From the NCBI GenBank assembly GCA_951406725.2, contig OX597820.1:59272001-59336000 (forward strand): DNA of 64,000 nucleotides, written 5' to 3'. Below the pieces are notes generated by a model that searched no databases, was not told the DNA's origin, and worked only from the letters and a program-made list of their open reading frames with translations. Made by a program: the position numbers and the translations under genes. Below, piece by piece: positions 1 through 11,798 of this stretch. Numbering within the stretch: the first letter of the stretch is position 1; each line of letters begins with the position of its first letter. The DNA is from Octopus vulgaris (Eukaryota).

Positions 1-529
1 GGGATACTCTCTACAAAAAGGAAGCTTCTGTATGGTTGCTTAACTTGCTAAAAACAGCAGCTAAAATTCCTTGGGATTACTTTCTAATCTCTTGGAATAT
101 GGAAGGATACATTAATTAATATGGTTCAGAATACATTGTTTCTAAAAAAATATTTAAACGATAGGATGGTCACATGTGGAATACTTTTGATCATAGGTTT
201 ACTTGATTAGAGCTCACACCAAATGAAGCAAAGGTAGTTTTTTTGGATCATAAAGGCAAATTCTAAATCAGTCATAAGCAAACTGTAGCCTATGAGACAT
301 TCTGGATGGCATGTCTAACAAAAAATTATATTGAATTATTTTCATAGTGAGGCTCACTTGATGATGAACCATGTCTTGTAAAAGGTTGCCCATGCTCCAT
401 CTGCTAGATATAGCAGCCAAATCTCCATCAGAAAAATAAAAGGGAGTGAGTTCAATAATGTTGTTAACAACACTATAATATAATAGAGATTATTTTATAA
501 TTGGAACCTTCAATTGGCCAATGAACAAG

Positions 530-710
530 CCTCTCTGCAGTTACTTAATCTGTTAGAAATAGTAGTCAAATCTCACTCAAATTACATTCAACTATCATGA
601 AATACAGAAATATTACTGTAGGTAATGGAGTCTAGATTATAGTATGTCTAGAATGCTTTGATCATAGGTTTGCTTAATCAGGGCTGATCTATGAATAAAG
701 AAAAACTATA
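530..710 (+). repeat. Old dispersed repeat (family F, SINE-like), degraded copy
   Basis: Motifs tagaaatagcagccaaatct...gaatgctttgatcataggtttgcttaatcagggctga recur at about 30-230 and 18905-19090 (+) and at 21810-22035, 44750-44970 and 47795-48010 (-). Confidence 0.6.
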
Positions 711-723
711 TCTAAATTTTTGT

Positions 724-1031
724 AGAAGCACGTGGCCTAGTGGTTAGAGCAGCAGACTAGCAGTCGAGGGATCGTGGGTTCGAATCTCAGACTGGGCGAT
801 GTGTGTGTTTATTAGTGAAATACCTAAGCTTCTCACAGCTCCAGCAGAAGGTAATGGCAAACCTCTGCTGACTCTTTCGCCACAACTTCCTCTTACACTT
901 TCCTCCTGCATCTCGCAGCTCACCTACAACAGACCGGCGTCCAGTCCAGATGGGGAACCCATATGCCAATGAAACCGGGAAACCGGCCCTTATGAGCTAG
1001 GCATGGCTCAAGAAGGAACAAACAACAAAAA
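724..1031 (+). mobile_element. tRNA-derived SINE (family E)
   Basis: Pol III A box tggcctagtgg (733-743), B box ggttcgaatct (777-787), unique body, tail gaaaccgggaaaccggcccttatgagc...aagaaggaacaaacaac. Confidence 0.8.
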
Positions 1032-1282
1032 CATATCTAAATCTTCACAGTCAGAGATGATAAAACATTGTCAAGCAATGCTGTAAAATTCAGGTCAATG
1101 ACCTACAGCATGTGTACAACTATACTTGAGAGAAAAGTGCTCTGGTTTGAGTATACAAATAACTATGAAGATATCTGAGGATTGGTATAAACATAAATAG
1201 TTGTAAAACAATCACACATTAGAAGATATCATTCATAAATTACAAATAAAAAAAAATAACAGCTGTGGTTTTTATGTATGTA

Positions 1283-1410
1283 TTATATCTGTGCTAGAAT
1301 ACATTGCACTTGCACCGATATTCTGATGCAAAATATCTTCAGATTGCTGAATTGTGATACACAAAAACCAAAGATTGATACAAACATAATAAGTAATTGT
1401 AGCAACTGTC
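1283..1410 (-). CDS. Candidate terminal exon with hydrophobic segment (GQLLQLLIMFVSIFGFCVSQFSNLKIFCIRISVQVQCILAQI*)
   Basis: Acceptor ctattatcttatatag|GA read in phase 1 gives an uncharged hydrophobic run of about 20 aa, then a stop at 1283-1285. No transcript evidence. Confidence 0.25.
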
Positions 1411-1454
1411 CTATATAAGATAATAGTGTTCATGAATTTTAATATACAAAAGGT

Positions 1455-1640
1455 GGAGGCATGGCTGTGTGGATAAGAAGTTTGCTTTCCAATCATGTGA
1501 TTTCAGGTTCAGTCCCAATGCAAAACAACTAAGGAAAGTGTCTTTTATTGTAGCCCAGAGCTGACCAAAGAACCAAAGCCTTGTGAGAGGATTTTGCAGA
1601 CAGAGACTGAAAGAGGTTTGTTGTCTGTGTATGTGTGTTT
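1455..1640 (+). mobile_element. SINE family A, 5' part
   Basis: Head ggcatggctgtgtggataagaagtttgc...ggttcagtccc and body ccaaagccttgtgag shared with many copies in the window. Confidence 0.75.
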
Positions 1641-1975
1641 TCCATTAGGTAAAATGACTTTTCCTCTCCCACTAATTTGTTTTGTTTTCATTTTAAAGCT
1701 TCCTTTTCAAATATTTGTTCACCTACTTTTTTTATGGGGGGGGGGGGGGTTCAAAAATGTAATTTAAAATTCAATGGGTACTGAGTGACATAACAAGAGA
1801 GAGAGAAAGAGGCAGATAGACAGACAGACAGAGACAGAGAAAAGCAAACATAAGGTTGGCTTAAAGTTAGACCTCATAGTGAAGTATGGTTTTAATACAG
1901 TGTAGTACTCAACTTCTCTTTACTTCCTCTTTACAATTATATATGAGCTATGTCTATAACATTTGCTACATGTAT

Positions 1976-3020
1976 GCATAGGAGTGGCTGTGTGGTAAGT
2001 AGCTGGCGGTTGATGGTACACTGCTGGCATGCCCTGAAACTTTGTCGGTGGGAAGCGTGCCACCAACAGAGGAAACTGTGGCCCCTCCCAGAGCGCCGAG
2101 AGATGATTTTTTTATCTTCTTCCATAAGGGAGGGCAATACAGAGCTTCTTAAGGAAGCTAGGGGGCTAGAGGGAGGAGCCCATGCCCTGGACTGAAAACC
2201 CAGATTGGCCTCCGCAGGTGACTATGGAGGTCATATTGGAAGTTGATATGTTCAGGGTGATGGACTCCTTCCTAAAGGACCAGTTCAGTATCGCCTTCTG
2301 GGGCCATGACCTGAAGCTGGAGCATTGCCTATGGGAGGCATACAGCCTGGGTGGGGAGGAAGGATAAAGAGGCTTTAGTGCCTAAATGTTTGTGATTGTG
2401 TGTAAGAGGCTCAGCACCTCAAGTTGTAATGGACTATTAAGTCCGGTAATTGAAAGAACTAAAGTAAGAGGTTTAATACCTCGTTTTGTTTTTCTAGTGT
2501 GAAAAAAAAAGAATAATGTTTTAGAGAAGCAAAAAATCAGCAGGCATTTTTTGTCTTCTCCCATCAATATCATCCTTTTTCATCATTCATCTCATCAATG
2601 TTTTTGTCCAGCCTGCAAGCTACTCTGTGTCATACCTTTATGGCAAAATGTTGAAATAAAGTAGCTTGCTTACCAACCACATGGGTCCAGGTTCAGTCCC
2701 ACTGTGTGGCACCTTGGACAAGTGCCTTCTACTATAACCTCAGGCCGACCAAAGCCTTGTGAGTAGATTTGGGAGATGGAAACTGAAAGAAGCCCATCGT
2801 ATATATACATATAAATATATATGTATGTGTGTGTGTGTTTGTCCCCACAACCGATGCTGGTGTGTTTACATCCCCATAACTTAGCAGTTTGGCAATAGAG
2901 ACTGATAGAATAAGTACTAGGCTTACAAAGAATAAGTCCTGGGGTTGATTTTCTCGACTAAAGGTGGTGCTCCAGCATGGCAGCAGTCAAATGACTGAAA
3001 CAAGTAAAAGAATAAAAGAA
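1976..3020 (+). mobile_element. SINE family A (tRNA head, CORE-like box) interrupted by a 654-bp insertion
   Basis: The head at 1976-2004 resumes at 2659 and runs to the gactgaaacaagtaaaagaataaaag tail. AAGTAGCT is duplicated at 1997-2004 and 2659-2666. Confidence 0.85.
2005..2658. mobile_element. Unclassified insertion with 8-bp target-site duplication
   Basis: GC-rich 5' two-thirds, no terminal inverted repeats, ends in AATAAA overlapping the right TSD copy. Confidence 0.55.
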
Positions 3021-3113
3021 AATGTGTGTGTGTGTGTGTGCGTGTGTTTGTGTGTATGTGAATGTTGAATTTGACCTGTGAAGTCTGCTTATTACAAACT
3101 TTTGGACGTATTT

Positions 3114-3500
3114 ATAATAATAATGAAGTTATTGAATACAGTGCTCAGGTGCACCACAACTTGTCAAAAGTGCACATAAAGCATATGCAGTAATGTACAA
3201 ATGTCTGGGAAGTGAACAGTGTATGAGTCAGATACATGCTTGCGTGTGTATGGAAGGGAGAAAATCAGGTGTAGTGTTGGCGAATCTCAGGAAGCATGGA
3301 AGTTTTGAAGGATGCAGTGCTCCGACAACTAAGAATTGATGCCGGCAGTTTGTTCCACACTTCAGCAACTCTTAGCGTGAAAAAGTGTTTCCGAAAGTTA
3401 TGGGAGCTGTGCTGTTTTCTGACTTTGTAAACATATCCACGGGTGTTAGCCAGATGCAGTTTGAAAAGGTGCTCAGAGTTATTGTTTGTAAGATGGTTAA
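3114..3500 (-). mobile_element. CR1-clade LINE, 3' end relic
   Basis: Minus strand reads NTRGYVYKVRKQHSSHNFRKHFFTLRVAEVWNKLPASILSCRSTASFKTS (CR1 ORF2 C-terminal TRGH..RK.FF..RV...WN.LP motif), followed by a 3' UTR and (ATT)n tail. Confidence 0.85.
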
Positions 3501-4305
3501 TTTGTGTGAGGGGAGTAAAAGACTTTTTTCAAAATGTATGTGAATTTGACCTGTGGAAGTCTGTTTACTTATGAACTTTGAACTTTTCTCAAATTTAAAA
3601 AAAAAATTTTTAATATTTCAATCGTCTGATAATACTTTTTTAATCGGTCGACATTTATTTTATTTCATTTTTACCTTTACTTATTTTATATTTGTCTATT
3701 AGGTTTTTTCGGCAGTTTTTGAATTTTTAGCCTTTTATATTTAACTTTTTGATAGGCCATTCTATTTGTATTATATTTGATTATATTTTCTCACCTTCTG
3801 TGATTTTATGTATATGTATTATTTGTTATGTGTTTGGGAACCATGGTGATTTTTATATATGATTAAATCTCTGAGGGGTGGTGTTGTATGTAAAGTCATT
3901 GACACAAATTTAATGTTTGTTCTATAACCAATGCTTCTTTATCTTTGTCTCATTTATATTTGAGCACTCCTTTTGTAGTCTTATAAACCCTTTTGTTTCT
4001 ATAAAAAGAGACAAATATTATTTCTTGTTGTACATCTTACTAAGGTTCCATGCAGTGTCATAGGCCAAGTTAAAATTATCTCTATTCATAAAGTTTGCCA
4101 GGGTGTAGCCAATTTGTCATAGTTTCAGTTTTGGTTAATAACTATAGCATTCCCCATTTTAACAATGGACTTCACCCTTACAGTGCAGCATGAAAACTGT
4201 TTTCCTATTTACTTCACATAATAATTTATAATTTCCTAACAACAACAACATACATACATACATACATACATACATACATACATACATACATACATACATA
4301 CATAA

Positions 4306-4545
4306 ATAAAGATGAGAGTGTGTGTGTGACTGTTTGTCCCTAAAACTCATGAACTACACAACCAATTCAAATTTTAAGCATGCCTTACTTAGGGTCCATA
4401 TAGTGTCATGGGCCCAAAAATGTTCAACTTCTTACCTAATGCAAGCCCAGAGCAATCTCTTATCTCTTCCACTATTTCAGTATTACCTGTCAAAAGTGAA
4501 ACAATAACGTCTCTCTATTGTAATGTGAGAGACTTTCAGTATAAT
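4306..4545 (+). mobile_element. Helitron-like non-autonomous fragment, copy 1
   Basis: Direct repeat of 4947-5175 (ccctaaaactc...gcccagagcaatctcttatctcttccactatttcagtatta...). Confidence 0.5.
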
Positions 4546-4592
4546 AGTTTCACTATTAATACTGAAACTATTAAAGTGAAACTATTATCTCA

Positions 4593-4856
4593 CATTCTTT
4601 TATGTCTGGGGAGAGTCATTTTCTTTTTGTGCCTTATAATTTAACAGTCACCGGTAAAATTTCCACTTATTTCCAACTTTCATTGTGTCTTGCAACCTTT
4701 TCAATAGTGTTGAGAGTCAAGATTATTGAAAAGGTTGCAAGACACACTGAAAATATTAGGAAAATGAAAGTAAGAAATAAGGGGAAATTTTACTGGTGAG
4801 TGTGTTAAATTATAAGGCACAAAAAGAAAATGACTCTCCCCAGATACAACAGAATA
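4593..4856. repeat. Long imperfect palindrome (arms about 4593-4706 and 4724-4856)
   Basis: tctggggagagtcattttctttttgtgccttataatttaac...tgtgtcttgcaaccttttcaata is the reverse complement of tattgaaaaggttgcaagacaca...gttaaattataaggcacaaaaagaaaatgactctccccaga. Confidence 0.9.
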
Positions 4857-4946
4857 TGCTTCAACACAAGAACTGACATAAAGAATGTTGCAAACCAAAT
4901 CCATATATACATGCATTGCATACATACATACATACATACATACATA

Positions 4947-5175
4947 TCTATATATATAAAGATGAGAATGTCTGTCTGTCTGTCTGTCTATCTCTGCGAA
5001 TCCCTAAAACTCAAGAGCTACACAACCAATATCATTCAAAGGGCCCCAAAAAATTTCAACTTCTTGCTTAATGTGAGCCCAGAGCAATCTCTTATCTCTT
5101 CCACTATTTCAGTATTATGTGTCAAAAGTGAAACAATAACATCTCTCTATTGTAATGTGATATACTTTCAGTATT
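4947..5175 (+). mobile_element. Helitron-like non-autonomous fragment, copy 2
   Basis: Starts A|TCTATATATATAAAGATGAG followed by (TGTC)n, the usual 5' end of non-autonomous Helitrons. The 3' CTAG end is not seen. Confidence 0.55.
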
Positions 5176-5184
5176 AATATATAT

Positions 5185-5226
<42 letters not shown>

Positions 5227-5262
5227 TGCACACATATATATATCTATAGATGTATATGTATA

Positions 5263-5320
<58 letters not shown>

Positions 5321-5364
5321 TGTATATGTCCCTAGCCACATTCAAATGGCTAATGTCCCTTTTG

Positions 5365-5399
<35 letters not shown>

Positions 5400-5495
5400 C
5401 ACACATGTATATATATATAGATTTATATGTTTATATATGTATATATGTCTGTATATATATGAGTATATGTGTATATATATGCATACATATTGTAT
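5175..5495. repeat. Compound (TA)n/(CA)n microsatellite
   Basis: Direct inspection; source of the YIYIYI ORFs. Confidence 0.95.
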
Positions 5496-6226
5496 GATCT
5501 GAGGAAGATTTGGTTGCTATTTCTCACAAGTAATTGTGCAGAAGCTCTCTTAGTGACACAAGTCTTTTTTTTTTCTGTGTTCATTGCATAATGCATGTAT
5601 TAAGAAGCTTGCTTTACAAGTGTCTTCAACTATAGCCTCAAGCCAACCAATGCCTTGTGAGTGTGTGTGGAAGCCCATCGTGTATGTGTGTGTGTGCTTG
5701 TCTAAGTTCCTGTAACTTAATGGTTTGGCAAAAGAGGCCAATGAAATGAGTTCCAGACTAAAAAAATTAGCATTAGGATCAATTTGTTCAATTAAATCTG
5801 CAGTCTAATGATTGTAACAAGTAAAATAAAAATACATGCACAAATACAAATACACACATATATATATATATATGTATATATTGAAACTCATTAAGGCAAC
5901 TTGAGTTGAAATGTACTATTTATTGTTCTTATAAAACTGTAATAAATAGAAATGATTTGAATTTCATGTACAAAAAAAAAACACATAAAACATATGACAT
6001 AAATACAAAAATAAAAATTCCCCTCAGAGATTATCCAGTTGCAGAATGTTTAGTATGTATCCAGGAAAAGAAAAATCAATGTGAGACTTTTAACACAAAT
6101 CCATGCTGGAAATCCCAACTCTATGGGATCACTATGTAAAAAAATATATGATGATTCCAAAGGAAAAATCTGAATATTGGCATTTGGCTAAACTGTAGTA
6201 CCATACATTCTACATTATCGACTTAC

Positions 6227-6280
6227 CTGTCATTGATATCAAAACTGCTTGAGACTGTCTACAGTATTGATACAAAACCT
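6227..6280 (-). CDS. Candidate small internal exon (KVLYQYCRQSQAVLISMT)
   Basis: Perfect donor ACAG|gtaagt and acceptor ttttaatattag|AG; 54 nt, phase 1/1, open. It is short, so chance occurrence is possible. Confidence 0.35.
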
Positions 6281-6309
6281 CTAATATTAAAACAGCTCAT
6301 ATTCAAGTC

Positions 6310-6487
6310 AAGCCCTTTCATCATACATTTATGTAAGATACTTTCCCTTGAGTTACTTCAAACACCAACTTAATATGGCAAAGTTAGTTGTTTCACTAAA
6401 TCTATCAAAATGTTTTGTTTATTTTCAGAATTAATTGAAACATCAAGGTAATGTATTTCATAGAAAATATGGTTACAAAAGGGTTAA
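6310..6487. mobile_element. piggyBac-type MITE, partial
   Basis: Ends aaaagggTTAA; body matches 43116-43345 and 61540-61752. Confidence 0.55.
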
Positions 6488-7761
6488 CAAACTACAACGT
6501 GTATGTGAAATTTGGGACCTATTTGGAGGTGGCAATGCTAAATTTTATAAAATAAAAAACACTTAGAACAATTCCAAGAGAGATAATTTTCTGAATTATT
6601 CATCTTGTTTTTAGAGAGTCAATCAGTTTGCCCTCCAATGATCACCAGGTGTCTTTTTCCTGTATGTGAACGTGATCCCCGTAAGCATTCAAATGAAGAA
6701 TTTTTACTTTTAAATTATGGGTAGTAATATTCTTAATACTCTGCTAAGAGTTCCTGGTTGAGGGAGCTCAGTGCACCCCTAAGTAGAGTTGAACTCCATA
6801 GTCACACCGCTACACCATGTCAATTGGGGTATTCCTTTGGGATACGAAAAAAGGTTTACATGAACTCAGTTGTCACTAATGTGATATGGGTGCAAATAAC
6901 TGGTAAAATATCATGACTATTACTCAGCATCTCCTTTTGAAAGGAATCACAGACTAGACTAGTTATGCTGGAGAGCCATAAAACCTCCTACAAGACAGAA
7001 ACTCTGATTTCAAATCCCAGGCACATGGAGCTTGTGAGCTTGGGCAGCTCAGTGTCATTAAAGGGAAGGAAACCCCACCAAAAAAATCCAAACCAAATTC
7101 AAGCCTTGAAGGTTAAGCACTGGGCTTAGAACCTGATCTTGAAAAACATTTCTAATTACAGAAATACGGAAACATCAAACACTCAGAAAAATCCACAACA
7201 CCTTTGAGAGGCAGTGGTTCTTAACTTGAAAAGAGAAGGAAGAACTTGACAAAGAGAGGTAGGATGGTTGATGGGGAACATAGAATCAGTTGTGAAGCAC
7301 AACCATTGATGGGGCAGCATGGAAGAGAGAGAATGGAAGAAAGAATATTCTTCACTTTGAACAGTTTCAAAAGCTATGTCAAAATAAAAAAGGACAGCTC
7401 CTATGACCTTTATGTGGAATGTTTATGATTGGTAGAGGAAAGTGAGAAAGAAACAACTCCTGGGTTATCCTTATACTTGGTTTGGATGTTTATGACAAAG
7501 TGGACTCAGTTAGGAAATAACCAAATACCAGGTGGTGGTGTTAAACTGGGCAACAGATTAAGTCTGAGAACATTAGTACCTCTAATTGTAAAATAAAAAG
7601 GAAGACATCCTAATTTGAATCCAGTGTGGGATCATGTGCACATTTAAAAATAAGACATGATCAGGAATTTAATCAGTTGAACCACTGTATCAGTATAAAT
7701 CTTGTAAATATTCATTCAGGATGAGGTTAATAGTTAGGAAAATTATAATCTTATCAACAGA

Positions 7762-8418
7762 TGCAAGCATGGTTGTGTGGTTGAGAAGTTCACTGTGCAG
7801 CCATTTGTTTTGAAGTTCAGTCCCACTGCACAGTAGCTTGGGCAAGTGTCTTCTATTATAGCCTTGTGAAGAGATCTAGTCAATGGAAACTGCGCAGAAG
7901 CTGGTTGAGGCAAGTGAAAATCAAATCAAAACAAATCAAAATAGATGAACATCAATGGAATTTGTATCTTTGTGGTACCAGTGCCGGTGGCACACAAGAA
8001 AACCATCCGAACGTGGCCGTAGCCAGTACCGCATCGACTGGCCTCCGTGCTGTGGGCACGTAACATACACCATCCGATCGTGGCCGTTCGCCAGCCTCAT
8101 CTGGCACCTGTGTCGGTGGCACATAAAAACACCATCCGAGCGTGGCCGTTTGCCAGCCTCGTCTGGCACCTGTGTCGGTGGCACATAAAAAACACCATCC
8201 GAGCGTGGCCGTTCGCCAGCCTCGTCTGGCACCTGTGTCGGTGGCACATAAAATCACCCACTACACTCTCGGAGTGGTTGGCGTTAGGAAGGGCATCCAG
8301 CTGTAGAAACACTGCCAGATCTGACTGGCCTGGTGCAGCCTTCGGGCTCCCCAGACCCCAGTTGAACCGTCCAACCCATGCTAGCATGGAAAACGGACGC
8401 TAAATGATGATGATGATG

Positions 8419-8459
<41 letters not shown>

Positions 8460-8680
8460 GCATATGTATTTGTTTGTCTCTCACCTCTCAAAAACTAGAG
8501 TTGGTTTTTTTTTACATCTCTCTATCTTAACAGTTTGGCAAAAAAGTAAAATAGGGATAATTTAACCATCAGGCTTTAAAACAAGTATTGGAGTCTTATG
8601 CTGGATTTCACTGTCTAAACCTTTCAAAGTGGTACCCCAGCATGGCCAAAGTTCACTGCTGAAACAAGTTAAAGAGTAAA
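7762..8680 (+). mobile_element. SINE family A copy interrupted by a family C SINE
   Basis: A head at 7762-7900 and A 3' half at 8460-8680 flank the C element. Confidence 0.75.
7902..8423 (+). mobile_element. SINE family C with internal ~60-bp tandem repeats and (GAT)n tail
   Basis: Units ccatccgagcgtggccgttcgccagcctcgtctggcacctgtgtcggtggcacataaaaaca about 4x (7975-8260), then gttggcgttaggaagggcatccagctgtagaaac...aacccatgctagcatggaaaacggacg(gat)n. Confidence 0.9.
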
Positions 8681-9169
8681 ACTCATCTTAGACATTGCAA
8701 TAAAATAAAATAACAAAAAAAAAAAAAACCCACAAGAATTATTGACATGAAGTGAAACTCTTTGAAATGAATGGAAAACTGGACCATGGGACAGATGGAT
8801 TCAGTAAAAACATTTTAAAAATAAGACAAAATCCAAAATGTGAGGCAAACTGTTGATTGTCTACATCAGCAACGATTAATCAAGAATTCATAGCAGAATT
8901 TGATCAATTCATTTGGTGTGAAGAATGAAAAATCTAACATTTCCTATTCTTGCTCTACTTCCTAGAATGATTCCTTACTCAAGGGCTAGAACTGTCTGAT
9001 TTTTCACTCCACACAGCATATAGTCTCCTATACACAAAATTAAAAAGGCTTAACTATATTAACAATTGTTACCCTACCAATGATTTTCACTTCAATCTTT
9101 GTTAGTTGAGCTTGCATATCCCTACAACCTTAAAAACTATACTAGCGAGAATTTTACTCTTGGTTAGGT

Positions 9170-9445
9170 AATATTTGTAGATTCTGTTGGTCATGCTCGG
9201 GAATCCAGCAGCAAAAAGTGTAATGATGGTTACTTCTGATAGGACCCTATGGTGGAGATGTCTGTGGACTCTGCCCACCATGACCTTCCCAGGAATAATG
9301 GATACTAGAAATGGATGGATGGATGACTGGACAGAAGGATGGATGGATGACTGGATGGAAGGATGGATTGATGTATGGATGGATGGATTGATGAATGATT
9401 GGATGGAAGGATGGATTGATGGATGGATAGATGGATGTATGGATG
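9170..9445 (+). mobile_element. RTE-clade LINE 3' end with expanded (GGAT)n tail
   Basis: [22 protein letters not shown] resembles the 3' end of the 38560-39025 element; (GGAT)n array at 9311-9445. Confidence 0.6.
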
Positions 9446-9834
9446 GGCCTCTCCAAGCCAAGCCAGATCTGAAGAAAGGGACTAAGTGAGAATCATCATC
9501 GGAAGTCAAGGGAATCAGTATGCCAAATGTACCGATGTTTTGGCAGAGGAAAGCAATGACCGACAATGAAATTCACAAGATGTTGGAAGACGGAATTATA
9601 CTGATGACATTGATAAGGGTAATCTGGTTGTGAAAGTGAAACATTGCAAAACATCTATAGAACTAGTGGTTATACATGTTATTCAGTAACTGAAAGATTT
9701 AGTATGATCAATGAGTAAGAATTTCATTTCAGAAGTCATTTGCTATGAGATCAAGGATTGTTAATCTGTGATCCCAAGTCGAAATTTGGTCATGTAATGC
9801 TTTAAATTTTTAAAAATTATCATTTGTTTTTGGC

Positions 9835-10200
9835 TTCTTCAGAGCTGCATATAGCACAAGTGGAAATGAGATTGTGGAAAGACACCATTGCACAGTCAAG
9901 GCCGTAGCTGAGAGGGGAGAAAATCATTCCCGCAGAAGTGGTCTTCTGGTGTAACATGTCACCCAGGGATGGGAAGTTGGTCCTGCAAAGAACAGAGTTC
10001 AGGTACAAATAGAGACACCGGAAAATGAGTATCACAGCATTTTGAGGAAAAGAAAGGACCTGCATCAGTTCAGATCAGGTATGAGGTGTGAGTAAATCCT
10101 TCCAATGTGAAGTGCACAACTCAGTGGAGAAAAGGAAAGGTGACAGAAGTGCTTGCTGATGGAATGCCATTGTCACATCCTGGACGTCTATAGCATTGTT
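9835..10200 (+). mobile_element. Gypsy-type LTR retrotransposon integrase relic
   Basis: FRAAYSTSGNEIVERHHCTVKAVAER...EVVFWCNMSPR (integrase core NG.VER..RT.K), then KCTTQWRKGKVTEV..DGMP..H; frameshifted, no LTRs seen. Confidence 0.75.
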
Positions 10201-11205
10201 AGCTACTCTGATGACAATAATGAGAGGGAGCGGTCATCTCCACAGTCTTGGACAGCGATGTCCACTTAGGTGGATAGATGACTTTGAAATGGACTGAGAG
10301 GATACTGAAGTAATCTTTAGATCAGGGGTGGCACAAGGGGTAGTAAATCAACATTGAAAGAAGATTTCAAGAAACTGGAAGCAAGGGAGGAACTAAAGTC
10401 ATGTAAAAAAAGATGCTTTGATCTGCTTCTTTCTTCAATGAGCAGCTAGTATGATCAGACATGTGCAGTGAGTTATGAAAAATTGTAGATTTTAGCCAGG
10501 AGGTTATGAGTAGTGGAAGTGTACAATGTTGTGCAATAAGTTTTCCAGTCAGAGTGCAGAGTAGCTTCCTCTTTTGAAGTTTGTTTTGCCAGATCAAGGT
10601 AAGAGCCTATATGTTTTTCATCCTTCATATGACAGGAGGGTCGACGAAACAAGTACCAGTCCAGAAATGGTGTTAATTTAATCAACTATAAAAAACTGGC
10701 TTCAGCCCTACAGAATTATCATCCTTGAAGGCAACAACCCTGAGTTAGCTCACTCTAAAATACCCAGCACTTGAAGAACAGTGGCTTTTGCTGATCACAA
10801 GTCCAGTCACATAACAAGCCTTAACCAATGATAACTACTCTTACAAGTACATTGAAGGACATAACATTTGCCACCTTTACACACATACATATATATATAC
10901 ACCTACAAGTCATTAATGTGTGTGTGTGTATGTGTGTGTATATGTGTGTGTGCACGTGTATTTCATCCCTGGTCCAACCAAAGCCTTATCAACTGATTTG
11001 ATAGATGGCAACTGAAAGAAATCCATCACATATATGTATACATATATTTGTGCCTCATATATTTTTACTCAGAGCTGAACATTTAACACTGATGAATAAA
11101 GAAGACAATTTTCAGGAAATGATTTGGGCTAAAATGGAAAAGTAGGGTGCAATCATGAAGGAATTGCCAGTTTAGCCAATAATCTTGCACAACAAATATA
11201 TAAAC

Positions 11206-11248
<43 letters not shown>

Positions 11249-11547
11249 GGAGGAAGGTGTGAGTGTGTGTATGTGTGCTTGTTTTTTTGTTTTGACATCA
11301 CTCAGTACTTGTAAGTAAGCATCACAGTCATACCAAACAGTGTTGTTTACTTCCAGTCTTTCATGAAAACATGTCTGGGTATGAGAGAAATAGTACCTCA
11401 CTAGGAAACAAGTGAGGGTTGGAAATAAGAAGAGCATGCAACTATGAAGAAACTGCTTCGACAAATTACATATGATCCATGTGAGCATGGAAAAGGGAAC
11501 ATTAAAACAATGGTATATGTATGTATATATATCTATATATATATATG

Positions 11548-11798
11548 TCCGTGCCGGTGGAACGTAAAAAGCACCAACCAATCGTGGCTGTTGCCAGCCT
11601 CCCGTGGCACCTGTGCCGGTGGCATGTAAAAAGCACCCACTACACTTACGGAGTGGTTGGCATTAGAAAGGGCATCCAGCTGTAGAAACACTGCCAGATT
11701 AGACTGGAGCCTGGCACAGCCTCCTGGCTTCCCAGACCCCGGTCGAACCGTCCAACCCATGCTAGCATGGAAAATGGACGTTAAACGATGATGATGAT
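11548..11798 (+). mobile_element. SINE family C, 3' part
   Basis: Two internal units plus the conserved tail ending aaacgatgatgatgat. Confidence 0.9.

Noticed and set aside
724-795. tRNA-like sequence with A and B boxes
   Set aside because: No acceptor stem closure and it continues into a SINE body and tail; it is a SINE head, not a tRNA gene.
3700-4140. Possible Penelope endonuclease C-terminal relic on the minus strand
   Set aside because: Only scattered residues match; too decayed to support.
4680-4760. Possible hammerhead at the centre of the 4593-4856 palindrome
   Set aside because: GAAA is present but no CUGANGA-like core or stem III could be assigned.
5122-5502. YIYIYI/VCMY-type ORFs here and throughout
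   Set aside because: Products of (TA)n, (CA)n and (CATA)n repeats, which lack stop codons.
7975-8260. Regular 60-bp repeats resembling a CRISPR array or HDV-like ribozyme
   Set aside because: There are no unique spacers and the context is eukaryotic. The HDV P1 and P2 pairings could not be built even though gccagcctcgtctggc resembles P3/L3.
9102-9566. 154-aa and 100-aa ORFs with PSIH / WMDG repeats
   Set aside because: Translations of the (GGAT)n microsatellite.
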